NCBI GenBank assembly: GCA_963730185.1
Contig: CAVSQW010000009.1
Span: forward strand, 192,001-256,000
From: an uncultured Gemmatimonadales bacterium
GTDB lineage: Bacteria > Gemmatimonadota > Gemmatimonadetes > Gemmatimonadales > GWC2-71-9
DNA: 64,000 nucleotides
Reading direction: 5' to 3'
Of the stretch, positions 47,582 to 57,536 are shown piece by piece. The notes beneath the pieces were generated by a model. That model saw only the letters and a program-made list of their open reading frames with translations. It was not told the DNA's origin and searched no databases. The translations under genes and the position numbers were made by a program. Numbering within the stretch: position 1 is the first letter of the stretch; each line of letters opens with the position of its first letter.

Positions 47582-48154
47582 ATGTCGCGCATCCTGTTTG
47601 TCTTCGGGACGACCGACGGACACACGGCCACGGTCGTCGCCACGGCGGCCGAGGCCCTCCGGACGGATGGTGAGAGCGTCGACGTGGTCGAGGTCCGATC
47701 CAGCGGGCCGGGGCCGCGCCCAGAGGAGTACGACGCCGTGCTCGTGGCCGCGTCGGTTCACGCGGGGGGCTACCAGCGGGCCGTCTTCCGCTGGGTCCGG
47801 GAGCATGCCGCCGCACTCAATGGGATGCCGACGGCGTTCTTCACGGTGTGCCTCGCGGTCCTGGAAGACAACCCCCGGTCGCAGAAAGACCTGGCGGGCA
47901 TCGTCCAGCGCTTCGTGGTCAAGACCGGCTGGCGTCCGAACCGTCGGAAGTACATCGCTGGCGCACTCCTCTACACCAAGTACGGTTGGGTCAAGCGCTT
48001 CATCATGAAGCGGATCGCGACCAAGACCGGTGGCGGTACCGACACGTCGCGCGACTACGTCTACACCGATTGGGATGACCTGCGCGCCGCCGTGCGGGCG
48101 TTTGCCGCGGATCTCCACGCCGCAGCTCCCAAAACGTCGACCGCAACGCCCTAA
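47582..48154 (+). CDS. hemG: Flavodoxin-domain protein, HemG-like protoporphyrinogen dehydrogenase
   Basis: GTTDGHT, ASVHAG, AGALLYTKYG, DTSRDYVYTDW; GGAGG RBS. Confidence 0.8.
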   Translation: MSRILFVFGTTDGHTATVVATAAEALRTDGESVDVVEVRSSGPGPRPEEYDAVLVAASVHAGGYQRAVFRWVREHAAALNGMPTAFFTVCLAVLEDNPRSQKDLAGIVQRFVVKTGWRPNRRKYIAGALLYTKYGWVKRFIMKRIATKTGGGTDTSRDYVYTDWDDLRAAVRAFAADLHAAAPKTSTATP

Positions 48155-48165
48155 TTCGGTTCCGC

Positions 48166-49575
48166 TCAGGACCGAGCGGGCTCGATGTCGACCACGATGC
48201 TGCGCCACTTCCCCTGGCGGAAACGGAGCACGCTCAGGAGGCAGCGGGTGACGTGGCCCGCGAGGATCGCGATCCAGATTCCGGTCGTCGTCAGCCCCCG
48301 GGCCTGCTGAAGGGCGGCGCAGATCCCCAGCGGGATGACGATCTGCGAGACGATGGATATGTAGAGTGGGCTCCGGGTGTCCCCCGACCCCTGGAGCCCG
48401 CCCGTATAGTTGAGGGCCACCGTGATGAAGAGGCCCGAGACGCTCAGGAAACGGAGCAGCTGTACGCCGATCTCCACCACCGCGGGGTCGGTCATCCCGA
48501 AGAAGGCGAGCAGCCCGCGCGGAACGAACAGGAAGAGCAGGCCGATCAGGCTCGCCAGACCCAAGCCGATCCGGGCCGCGCCGTGGACGGCCTGGATCGC
48601 CCGCTCGCGCTGACCGGCGCCCAGGTTCTGCCCCACGACCGTGGCGGTGGCCCCCATCAGGCCGATCGACGTCCAGGTGATGAAGGAGAAGAGCTCGCCG
48701 TAACCTATCGCGTAGGCTGCCTGCGCCTGGGCCGAGAGGTCCAGCGAGCCGACGAAACGAAGCAGCAGCACGCCGGCCACGTTCATCGCCACGCCTTGCA
48801 CCCCTGACGGCAACCCGAATCGAAAGAGCGACCGGATCACGGTCCAGTCCAATCGCAGTCCGAGTCCCTTCGGGAAAGACACCACCCAGGTGCCGCGGCG
48901 GAGCATCACGAGCGCCACCAGGCTGGTGCCGCCGGTCGCCAGCACCGTGCCGATCGCCGCCCCGGCGGTCCCGAAGGCCGGAATCGGGCCGAGCCCGCGG
49001 ATCAGGATGACGTTGAAGATGATGTTCAGCACCGTGACGACGATCCCGAAGCGGAGCGGCGTCTTGGGGTCGCCGGCCGAGCGAAGGGCGCCGCCCAGCA
49101 TGAAGAACACCATCATGCCGAAGCTGAACAGGAACATGATCCGGAGATACGGAAGCGCTTCCGCCTTCACGGCGGCCGTGGCGTTCACCAGATCGAGGAG
49201 CCAGGGCGAGGCCAGGTACCCGAGAGGCGCGAGCACACCGAGGGACAGAATGACCGAGGTCAGGAAGGCTTGGTAGACGGTTCGGTTCACCTTGTCCGAG
49301 TCGCCCTGGCCGGCGAAGCGGGACACCATCACGCTCATCCCGGTGTAGAGCGACGAGATGAACACCACCACCACCAGGAAGATCTGCCAGCTGACCCCGA
49401 TCGCGGCGTTGCCGGTGAATCCGACGAAATGCCCGACCATGGCGTGATCGACGATGCCTTGGAGCCCGCCGATCATGTTCTGGAGCATGGTGGGCCAGGC
49501 GATCTTCCACACCGCCGGCAAAATCGGTCCTTCGACGAGAGAGCGGTCGAAACCGGCGGGCCGCCGTCCCGTCAC
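48166..49575 (-). CDS. MATE-family efflux transporter
   Basis: IAWP, IVDHAMVG, LRSAGDPKTP, GAAIGT, VGQNLGAG, GSGDTRSP; 12 TM segments. Confidence 0.93.
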   Translation of the reverse strand: MTGRRPAGFDRSLVEGPILPAVWKIAWPTMLQNMIGGLQGIVDHAMVGHFVGFTGNAAIGVSWQIFLVVVVFISSLYTGMSVMVSRFAGQGDSDKVNRTVYQAFLTSVILSLGVLAPLGYLASPWLLDLVNATAAVKAEALPYLRIMFLFSFGMMVFFMLGGALRSAGDPKTPLRFGIVVTVLNIIFNVILIRGLGPIPAFGTAGAAIGTVLATGGTSLVALVMLRRGTWVVSFPKGLGLRLDWTVIRSLFRFGLPSGVQGVAMNVAGVLLLRFVGSLDLSAQAQAAYAIGYGELFSFITWTSIGLMGATATVVGQNLGAGQRERAIQAVHGAARIGLGLASLIGLLFLFVPRGLLAFFGMTDPAVVEIGVQLLRFLSVSGLFITVALNYTGGLQGSGDTRSPLYISIVSQIVIPLGICAALQQARGLTTTGIWIAILAGHVTRCLLSVLRFRQGKWRSIVVDIEPARS

Positions 49576-51119
49576 GGGCGGTAGCCCCACCGGGAGGGGC
49601 CCGGTTCGCGGAGCGGAGCCGCGAGGTTGGCGAACTCCACCACGAGACGGCGGGTGTCTCGCGGGTCGACGATCTCTTCGATCAGGAACGCCTCGGCGGT
49701 CCGGAACGGCGACCGGACTTGGTCCAACAGCGCCTCGATCCGGCGGCGCTCGGCGTCAGGGTCGGGGGCGGCCTCGATCTGGGCCTTGTAGGCGGCCTCG
49801 ACCCCGCCCTCGATGGGTAGGGACCCCCAGTCACCCGATGGCCAGGCGAACCGCCACTTGAAGCGCGAGGCGTTCAGGTGGGCCGCCCCCGCCACGCCGA
49901 AGGCCCGGCGGAGGATCACCGAGCACCACGGCACCCGGGCCTGATAGATCGCCGCCAGGGCCCGCGCCCCGTGCCGGATCGTGCTCTCCTCCTCGGCGTG
50001 ACGCCCGATCACGAAGCCCGGCTGGTCCACCAGGTGAACTACCGGGAGGTGGAAGGTGTCGGCTAGGTCGACGAACCGGACCACCTTGTGGGCCGCATCG
50101 GCGGTCCAACCGCCGCCGTAGTGGTGTGGATCGCCGGCTAGAATCGCGACCGGCCAGCCGTCCAGGCGGGCCAACCCGGTCACGGCGCTCCGACCCCATC
50201 CGGCCCCGAGCTCCAGAAAGGAGCCCCGGTCCGCGATGGCCTCGATGATCGGTCGACTCTGATAGCCGCGGCGTCGGTCGCGGGGGATGGCCGAGATCAG
50301 CCAGTCCTCGCGGCGGTCCGGATCGTCGTCCGGCGGAATCCGAGCGGGAAGGTCATACCCACTGGACGGGAGATACCCCAGGAAACGTTTCGCCAGACCG
50401 AAGGCCGCGTCCTCGGTCTCGACCACGGCATCGACGGTGCCGTTCCGGCCGTGGATCTCGGCCCCGCCCAGTTCCTCCTTCTCTACCCTCCGGCCCGCCC
50501 GGGCCACTACCGGCGGCCCGGCGACGAACACCTGGGCCACGTCGCGGACCATCACGGAGAAGTGGCTCGAGACCAGCCGGGCCGCCCCCAGGCCGGCTAC
50601 CGGACCGAGCCCCAGCGCCACGACCGGGACCGTGGCCAGGTTGGCCACGACGTGCTCCCAGCCGGGCATCTCCGGCACGTAGGTCCGGCCCTCGATCTCG
50701 AGCGTCTTGACGCTGCCCCCCCCACCGGTGCCGTCCAAGAGCCGGACGATCGGGAGCCGGAGCTCACGCGCCATCTGCTCGGCCATCGCCTGCTTCTGCC
50801 AAATGGAGGCGTCGGCCGCGCCGCCCCGAACGGTGAAATCGTCTCCTGAGATCACCGTCGGCCGCCCGTCAATCCGGGCCCGGCCCATCACCAGATTGGT
50901 TGGGGTGAATTCGGTGAGCGCGCCGCCCTCGTCGTAGCCTCCCCGGCCGGCCAGCGCCCCGAGCTCGTGAAAAGAGCCTGGATCGACCAGCCGCTCGATC
51001 CGTTCCCGAACCGTGAGACGACCGGCGGCGTGCTGCTTGGCCACCTTGGCGTCTCCCCCCATCTGCCGGGCCAACTCGATCCGGCGGCGCAGCTCGTCGA
51101 TTTCGGATTCCCAGCTCAA
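49572..51119 (-). CDS. Acyl-CoA carboxylase carboxyltransferase (beta) subunit
   Basis: GRLTVRERI, DFTVRGG, FVAGPPVV, EELGG, VDQPGF, IVDPRDTR; TTG start after AAAGGA. Confidence 0.9.
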   Translation of the reverse strand: MSWESEIDELRRRIELARQMGGDAKVAKQHAAGRLTVRERIERLVDPGSFHELGALAGRGGYDEGGALTEFTPTNLVMGRARIDGRPTVISGDDFTVRGGAADASIWQKQAMAEQMARELRLPIVRLLDGTGGGGSVKTLEIEGRTYVPEMPGWEHVVANLATVPVVALGLGPVAGLGAARLVSSHFSVMVRDVAQVFVAGPPVVARAGRRVEKEELGGAEIHGRNGTVDAVVETEDAAFGLAKRFLGYLPSSGYDLPARIPPDDDPDRREDWLISAIPRDRRRGYQSRPIIEAIADRGSFLELGAGWGRSAVTGLARLDGWPVAILAGDPHHYGGGWTADAAHKVVRFVDLADTFHLPVVHLVDQPGFVIGRHAEEESTIRHGARALAAIYQARVPWCSVILRRAFGVAGAAHLNASRFKWRFAWPSGDWGSLPIEGGVEAAYKAQIEAAPDPDAERRRIEALLDQVRSPFRTAEAFLIEEIVDPRDTRRLVVEFANLAAPLREPGPSRWGYRP

Positions 51120-51261
51120 GGCGGGGTCCTTTCTTCGGGGTGACGTGCGACCAATGTAGCCCCCGGTGGGGGCCCCGGCAGGGGCAGTGAATCGATCGTT
51201 CGGCCGGCACCGTATATTGGGACTTCGTGCACACTTTCGGATCCAACGAAGGGGTCGACGT

Positions 51262-54200
51262 ATGCGGACCACCTTTTTCACGCTGGCGAGTCTGGCCGTT
51301 GCCGGCCTCCCGTCGCTGGCCCTGGGGCAAGGAACCCGGCTGCTCCGGCAGCCAACCATCAGCGCCGACCGGATCGCCTTCGAGTACGGCGGCGACCTCT
51401 GGATCGCCAACCGGACGGGCGGCGAGGCTCGCCGGCTCACCAGCACGCCCGCGGTGGAGAGCAATCCCTTCCTCTCTCCTGATGGCAAGTGGGTCGCTTT
51501 CACCTCCAACCGGAGCGGCAACGAGGACGTCTACCTCGTCTCGGCGGCGGGCGGCGAACCTCGGCGGCTGACCTGGCATCCGCTCAGTGACGAGGCCCGG
51601 GGCTGGACGCCCGATGGGAAGTCGGTCCTGATCGCCTCCCAGCGAGGGACGGCGCCGATTCCCTACATGCGCCTTTGGACCATGCCCGCCGAGGGCGGCG
51701 TACCGACCCTGGTGCCGGCACCGATGGCCTATCGTGGGAGCTTCGCGCCCGACGGGCGGCGAATCGTCTACGATCGCGCCTCCCGGTGGGACGTGGAGTG
51801 GCGTAACTACCGGGGCGGCCAGAATACACCTCTCACCATTCTCACCCCGGCGACGCTCGACGAGGTCCGGCTCCCCAACGAACGAACCACCGACACCCAG
51901 CCGGTCTGGGTCGGCAACACCATCTTCTTCCTCTCCGACCGCGACTTCGCCACGAACGTGTGGGCCTACGACGTGGCCGGCGGCGCCGTCCGGCAGGTAA
52001 CCCACTTCAACGACGCCGACGTCAAGTCGCTCGCCGCCGGGGCGGGCGACTTGATCATCGAGCAAAACGGCTGGCTCCAGCTGGTCGATCCGGCGAACGG
52101 CACGACCCGCAAAATCGACATCACGGTCCGGGGCGATTTCCCCTGGGCGATGCCGCGGTGGGACGACGTGTCCCGGTCGATCGCGGCGGCCTCGCTGTCG
52201 CCGACCGGCAAGCGGGCGCTCTTTCAGGCTCGGGGCGAGATCTTCACCGTCCCGGTCGACAAGGGCGACAGCCGCAACTTGACCCGGAGCTCCGGCGCCG
52301 ACGATCGCACCCCGGTCTGGTCGCCGGACGGCAAGCAGGTCGCCTGGTTCTCCGACGACGGCTCGGGCTACCGGCTGATGATCGGTGACCAGGACGGCTT
52401 GGAGACCCCCCGGGCGCTCTCGATCGGTGACGCCAAGTTCGCCTACACCTCGGCCTGGTCGCCGGACGGATCGCGGATTGCCTTCGTGGACGACCACGCC
52501 CGGATCCGGGTAATCGAGGTCGCGACCGGCCGGATGACCACCGCCGACGTCGACGGCGCGCTCTGGAACCACGCCGGGATCGCACCGGTCTGGTCGCCCG
52601 ACTCCAAGTGGCTCGCCTACGCGAAGCTCTTCGGCAACCGCTTTCGCCGGATCGTGGTCTGGTCCCTGGCCGACGGCACGACCCACCCGATCACCGACGG
52701 CATGGCCGACGCCGGGAATCCGGTCTGGGACCGGAACGGCCGTTGGCTCTATTTCCTGGCCAGCACCGACTTGGGGCTCGCCAGTGGGTGGGCCAACATC
52801 AGCGGGATCGACCGACACGTCACCCGCGGCGCGTACCTCGCATTGCTGCAGGCGAGCGACTCCACCCCGTTCCCGCCCGAGAGCGACGAGGAGGCCGGTC
52901 GGCCGACCGCGCCGGCCGGGAAGCCGGACTCGGCCCGCCAAGGCACCAAGGATTCGGTGACCGTGCGGATCGACTTCGCCGGCATGGACCGGCGGATCCT
53001 CCCGCTGCAGATGCCGGTCCGGGAGTACGACGATCTGGCCGCCGGCCCGTCCGGCGTGCTCTTCGTGAGCGAGCAGGTCGAGAATCAGCCCGGGGCCACG
53101 CTCCACCGCTACGATCTGAGCAAGCGGAAGGCGGAGCCCTTCCTGGCCGGGGTCCGGAACGTGGCGGTCTCGGCCGACGGCAAGAAGCTGCTGGCCCAGG
53201 TGGGGCGCGGCTGGAGCGTGGTGGGGACCGACGCACCGCCCAAACCCGGCAGCGGAGGGCTCACCGTGGCGCTTCGGGCGCACATCGTCCCGGCGGACGA
53301 GTGGCAGCAGATGTTCGACGAGGCGTGGCGGATGGAGCGCGATTTCTTTTACGACCCCAACACCCACGGCGCCGACTGGAACGCCGTGCGGGAGCGCTAC
53401 CGGCCCCTGGTGCCGTACGTCCGCCACCGGACGGACCTCAACTACGTGTTCGATCAGGTCGGGGGTGAGCTGTCGGTCGGGCACAGCTTCGTCTTTGGTG
53501 GCGACATGCCCGATGTCGACAGTACCCGGGTCGGCATGCTCGGTGCCGATCTCCGGCCCGAGGGGGGCTTCTGGCGGATTACTCGGATCCTCACCGGCGA
53601 GAGCTGGAATCCGGATCTGGCCGCCCCGCTCGACGCGCCCGGACTGCGGGTCGCCGAGGGGAACTATCTCCTGGCCATCGACGGGCGCGATCTCCGCGCC
53701 CCGGAGACGCCCTGGCGCCTGCTGGACGGCACCGCGGGCCGCCAGACGGTGCTCACCTTGAACACCCGGCCGTCCACCGACGGCGCCTGGACCGTCACCG
53801 TCGTGCCGATCCGGAGCGACGTCGGCCTCCGGCAGCGGGCCTGGGTCGAGGACAACCGGCGGGCGGTCGACTCGCTCTCCCACGGGCGGCTGGCGTACGT
53901 GTGGGTGCCCAATACGGGCGGCGGTGGCTACGTGTCCTTCAACCGCTACTTCTTCGCCCAGCAGGACAAGGAGGGCGCGGTGATCGACGAGCGGTTCAAC
54001 GGCGGCGGCCTGCTCGACGATTACATGGTTGACTACATGAGCCGGAAGTTGGTGGGTGGCGTCACCAACGACGCTCCCGGCGGGAAGCCGTTCCACCTGC
54101 CGATCGCCGGAGTGCTGGGGCCGAAGGTCCTGCTTACCAACATGATGGCAGGCTCGGGCGGCGACTTCTTCCCTTGGGTGTTCCACGAGCTTGGGATCGG

Positions 54201-54507
54201 GCCGCTGATCGGGACCCGGACCTGGGGTGGGTTGGTGGCGGCCTGCGTTCCGTACCCGCTCATGGATGGCGGCGCTCTCACCTCGCCATGCAGCGCGGTC
54301 TACAATCCCCGCGGCTGGACCGCCGAGAACGAGGGCGTGCCGCCCGACATCGAGGTCCTGATGGACGCCAAGTCGGTGGCGGCCGGCCGGGATCCCCAGT
54401 TGGAACGGGGCGTCGCCAAGGCCCTCGAGCTGGTGACCGAGCACCCCGTGAACACGCCGCCACCGCCGCCGTTCCCGGTGCGCGCCAAGCGGCCGCCGGG
54501 ACGATAA
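51262..54507 (+). CDS. Tricorn protease homolog (S41, beta-propellers plus PDZ)
   Basis: Signal peptide; LLRQP, repeated WSPDG, GELSVGH, IDERFNGGG, AGSGGD, GTRTWGG, ENEGVPPD, DPQLE. Confidence 0.95.
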   Translation: MRTTFFTLASLAVAGLPSLALGQGTRLLRQPTISADRIAFEYGGDLWIANRTGGEARRLTSTPAVESNPFLSPDGKWVAFTSNRSGNEDVYLVSAAGGEPRRLTWHPLSDEARGWTPDGKSVLIASQRGTAPIPYMRLWTMPAEGGVPTLVPAPMAYRGSFAPDGRRIVYDRASRWDVEWRNYRGGQNTPLTILTPATLDEVRLPNERTTDTQPVWVGNTIFFLSDRDFATNVWAYDVAGGAVRQVTHFNDADVKSLAAGAGDLIIEQNGWLQLVDPANGTTRKIDITVRGDFPWAMPRWDDVSRSIAAASLSPTGKRALFQARGEIFTVPVDKGDSRNLTRSSGADDRTPVWSPDGKQVAWFSDDGSGYRLMIGDQDGLETPRALSIGDAKFAYTSAWSPDGSRIAFVDDHARIRVIEVATGRMTTADVDGALWNHAGIAPVWSPDSKWLAYAKLFGNRFRRIVVWSLADGTTHPITDGMADAGNPVWDRNGRWLYFLASTDLGLASGWANISGIDRHVTRGAYLALLQASDSTPFPPESDEEAGRPTAPAGKPDSARQGTKDSVTVRIDFAGMDRRILPLQMPVREYDDLAAGPSGVLFVSEQVENQPGATLHRYDLSKRKAEPFLAGVRNVAVSADGKKLLAQVGRGWSVVGTDAPPKPGSGGLTVALRAHIVPADEWQQMFDEAWRMERDFFYDPNTHGADWNAVRERYRPLVPYVRHRTDLNYVFDQVGGELSVGHSFVFGGDMPDVDSTRVGMLGADLRPEGGFWRITRILTGESWNPDLAAPLDAPGLRVAEGNYLLAIDGRDLRAPETPWRLLDGTAGRQTVLTLNTRPSTDGAWTVTVVPIRSDVGLRQRAWVEDNRRAVDSLSHGRLAYVWVPNTGGGGYVSFNRYFFAQQDKEGAVIDERFNGGGLLDDYMVDYMSRKLVGGVTNDAPGGKPFHLPIAGVLGPKVLLTNMMAGSGGDFFPWVFHELGIGPLIGTRTWGGLVAACVPYPLMDGGALTSPCSAVYNPRGWTAENEGVPPDIEVLMDAKSVAAGRDPQLERGVAKALELVTEHPVNTPPPPPFPVRAKRPPGR

Positions 54508-54545
54508 GCCCGGTCGCCCGGAGACCCTGACCCGGAGGAGGCAAG

Positions 54546-55133
54546 ATGCGTATCTCTGGACCGCGCCACTGGAGTCCGTTGGCGCTCCTGGTACTGATCG
54601 CGGCGGCGTCCAACCTCTGGGCCCAGGATCCGAGCCGGATTCCCTCCAGCAGTGGAGGATGGGTCTCCCGGTTCGTGAGCGCGGACGTGCTGCTCAGGAT
54701 GCGGGAGCGGCTGACCCAGATCGAGCCGACCGACGTCGCGGCGCCGGTCGACTCGGTCTGGACCGCGCTCAAACCGGCGCTCGAGGGATTGGGGGTCAAG
54801 GTAGCGTTCGAGGACCCGGCCTCGCGCCAGATGGGCAGCCCCCAGATCAAGGTCTTCCGGCGACTCGGCAAGGCCCCGCTGTCGAGCTACCTCCGGTGCG
54901 GCGACGGGATCACGGGGCCCAACGCCGACACCTACGCCGTCTATCTGTCGCTGGTGAGCTTCGTCGAGCCGGGGTCCACCTCCGGCACCGCCCGCCTCTA
55001 CACCCTGGTTTCCGCGCAGGCGGAGGACGTTGCCAACGGGCGGAACGACCTGATGCCGTGCACCTCGGCCGGCACGCTCGAGCGCAAGATCGCCGGTGCC
55101 GTGGAGAAGGAGCTGACGAAGGCCGGCCGTTGA
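54546..55133 (+). CDS. Secreted hypothetical protein with a Cys pair
   Basis: Signal peptide; GGAGG RBS; YLRCG...GPNAD.Y and CTSAGTLE. Confidence 0.75.
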   Translation: MRISGPRHWSPLALLVLIAAASNLWAQDPSRIPSSSGGWVSRFVSADVLLRMRERLTQIEPTDVAAPVDSVWTALKPALEGLGVKVAFEDPASRQMGSPQIKVFRRLGKAPLSSYLRCGDGITGPNADTYAVYLSLVSFVEPGSTSGTARLYTLVSAQAEDVANGRNDLMPCTSAGTLERKIAGAVEKELTKAGR

Positions 55134-55285
55134 GTCTGCCCGCGTTAAATGCTGGTGTAAGGTCGGGAGTGATACCCTGGTAGCAGGCGGCACCGCCGGA
55201 CGGGCGCCGCCGGGGTTGCCCGCGAAGTGTTGGGGTGGCTCCGAATCACCAGGAAACGGAGCGAATCGCTCCAGGGAGAGCTCCC

Positions 55286-55624
55286 ATGCGCACTCAACTC
55301 ACTCTCGCGGCCGCGATGTTGGCCCTGAGCCCGGCGCTGGCCTACGCCTCGCCACCTCAGCAGTCCAGTACCCGCGCCACCGTGACCGTTCAGAACGATC
55401 AGAAGGACTCCGTGACCGTCTACGCCCAGCGGGGCGAGGAGGACATCCGTCTCGGCAAGGTTCCCGCCCTCGGGATCGCGACCTTCACCGTGCCCGACTG
55501 GCTGTCGCTCGATCGCTCCGAGATCCAGTTCTTCATCCACCCGAAGGACGGCTTCGATTTGGGCTCCGGCACCGTCGAGGTGTCGCCCGGTGAGCATCTC
55601 GGCCTGATGGTGCGGGGTCGCTGA
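55286..55624 (+). CDS. Small secreted hypothetical protein (beta-rich)
   Basis: Signal peptide MRTQLTLAAAMLALSPALA; GGAGAG RBS; GC3-rich codons. Confidence 0.75.
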   Translation: MRTQLTLAAAMLALSPALAYASPPQQSSTRATVTVQNDQKDSVTVYAQRGEEDIRLGKVPALGIATFTVPDWLSLDRSEIQFFIHPKDGFDLGSGTVEVSPGEHLGLMVRGR

Positions 55625-55657
55625 CCCCCCGGCCGGACCGCTTCGACGTGAGGAACG

Positions 55658-55702
55658 GAGCCTCGCCCGCCAGGCCGATCGCAGCCCTGGCGGGCGAGGC
55701 TC
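55658..55702. terminator. 17-bp stem hairpin between convergent genes (probable bidirectional terminator)
   Basis: gagcctcgcccgccagg-N11-cctggcgggcgaggctc; no long U tract. Confidence 0.65.
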
Positions 55703-55731
55703 TTCGACGCTCCGGGTTCCCGCCGCCCCGG

Positions 55732-57438
55732 CTACTGGACCCTGAAGATCGACACCTGGGGACGGAGCGCCGCCGGAAGCGGCGTCGTGCCCGATGCGGC
55801 GAACTGGATCGTCACGGGCGCCGCCCCGGTCTGGGTCGTCAACCCGTAGAAATCCTCCGACCCCGGAACCAGCGACCCCACCTCGCCGCCGTTCGGGGTG
55901 AACGAATACACCGTGACCGGGAAGGGACTCGGGATGCCGTAGAGCGGGCCGAGGACGTTGTAGACCTGCTGATAGAGTTGCCGCAGGTTCCTGGACTTGA
56001 ATCGATACTGCGGGGGAATCGAGTCGCGAGGCACGCCCGGCAGGCTGTCGGTGTAGAGCGCGACGCCGAAGTGGCCGAGCAGGGTGGCGAGCGACTCGCC
56101 GGTGGCGGCCTCGAGGTTCGCCCGACCGGTCAAGGCGCTCTCGTCGAGCGTCCGGAAGATGCTTTGGCCCCACTGGTCGCCCACGTAGCGCATCAGCAGC
56201 CAATCGCCGGCCCGCCAGTCGAGCCCCAGGTCGGCGTCCGAGTGGAGGGTGAGCGAGACCGTGTCGGGACGGGTCAGGTAGTCGTACGAGTTGGTCAGCT
56301 TGTCCGAGATGAAGACCTCGGCCGAGTCGGGAAAGAGCTGGCCGCTGTTGGTCCGTCCCGATGGCGGCGGATACTTGGTCTCGTAGTATTGCGAGCCCAG
56401 CTCCTCGGCCGCCAGGCTCAGGCCCTCGTCCAGCCACCCCTCCTCCGACTGCCCGTGGTGGATCAGGGCATGCTGGCCGAACGAGATCATGTGCTGCACC
56501 TCGTGCAGGAACACCGCCGGCATCAGAGACTCGACCTCGCCGACGGTATGGGCGCAGCTTACGGTTCCGTTTGGGTCGGGCACGATCGCATAGAAGATCT
56601 CACCGCCGTTGGAGTGCGGGTCGGCGGTGAAGTCCACCCCGTCGAAGAAGCCGGTGACGTAACCTTGCGTCTGACAGGTCGAATCCGGGGTGATCCCGTT
56701 GACGGCGGCGCTCAGGAGCACGACGACGTGGCCGTTGCCGTCGATGTCCGTCGGCGGGCCGAAGGCACCGGCCAGGAGCGGATACATGACCTGATCCATC
56801 TGCTGTCCGAAGCCGGCGAGCTGAGCGTCGCTGAACCCCGGCGAGGGGGCCGCGGTGTCGAGATAGAGATAGACGTTGGTCCCGGCGTATCGGAGCGCGG
56901 CGTTCACGGTGGTGTAGGTGGTCCCGTTGATGTCACCGAGGACCTGGAACGACCTCACGTCGCCCAAGGCGGGCGCGGTGACGGCGGAGGCCGGTCCCCG
57001 ACGGATGGCGAACGCGGCGCTGGTGACCTGGGACGCTCGCTGGCGATCCCGGCTTCGGAGCAGGGCGTCGAGCCGGAGCTGAGGCCCGATCGGTCGGGCC
57101 GCCCGCGTGGACGGGGCCGGCCCGACCGCGAACGGCGTCCCGGTCACCGCTCCCGAAACGTGGAGGGTGTAGGGTTGCGTCGAGTAGGCCACTTGGTCGA
57201 CACCGCCGCTAGCGAGCTCGGGCACGATCAGATAGCTGGCCCCGTCGCCGGGAAGGGTGACGGTGGTTCCGCCGGAGCAGTCGACCGTGGTACCGGTCAA
57301 CGGCGCCAGGTGGACCGTGTCGGTGGCGCAGGCGACGCCGAGGGCTGGAGGAGGAGACGGAGGGGCGGTAGGCGTAGTGCCATTACTGCATGCCGCCGCG
57401 ACGACCAGAGCGGCAAGGAGCGTCGAACGGGAACGCAT
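55732..57438 (-). CDS. Lipoprotein zinc metallopeptidase (gluzincin, M30-like)
   Basis: Lipobox AAAC, Pro-rich linker, DIDGNG, GFFD..D, LHEVQHMI, WLDEGLS. Confidence 0.8.
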   Translation of the reverse strand: MRSRSTLLAALVVAAACSNGTTPTAPPSPPPALGVACATDTVHLAPLTGTTVDCSGGTTVTLPGDGASYLIVPELASGGVDQVAYSTQPYTLHVSGAVTGTPFAVGPAPSTRAARPIGPQLRLDALLRSRDRQRASQVTSAAFAIRRGPASAVTAPALGDVRSFQVLGDINGTTYTTVNAALRYAGTNVYLYLDTAAPSPGFSDAQLAGFGQQMDQVMYPLLAGAFGPPTDIDGNGHVVVLLSAAVNGITPDSTCQTQGYVTGFFDGVDFTADPHSNGGEIFYAIVPDPNGTVSCAHTVGEVESLMPAVFLHEVQHMISFGQHALIHHGQSEEGWLDEGLSLAAEELGSQYYETKYPPPSGRTNSGQLFPDSAEVFISDKLTNSYDYLTRPDTVSLTLHSDADLGLDWRAGDWLLMRYVGDQWGQSIFRTLDESALTGRANLEAATGESLATLLGHFGVALYTDSLPGVPRDSIPPQYRFKSRNLRQLYQQVYNVLGPLYGIPSPFPVTVYSFTPNGGEVGSLVPGSEDFYGLTTQTGAAPVTIQFAASGTTPLPAALRPQVSIFRVQ

Positions 57439-57498
57439 CGGAGCCTCGGATGGCGAGCTGCTCCCGGACCGGTCCGAGGCCAGTCCTCAGATCGGCCG

Positions 57499-57535
57499 GG
57501 GGTATTCCGACGACACCCGGCCGGGCGAATACCCC
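57499..57535 (-). terminator. Possible hairpin after the 57537-58316 gene
   Basis: ggggtattc...gaatacccc 9-bp inverted repeat. Confidence 0.3.
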
Positions 57536-57536
57536 G

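Noticed and set aside
50869..54444. 1191-aa minus-strand ORF and other long antisense or alternate-frame ORFs (e.g. 55648-57954, 59258-61606, 47558-49510)
   Set aside because: Shadow ORFs of high-GC coding genes: they overlap clear CDS, have R/G/P/H-rich composition and lack motifs
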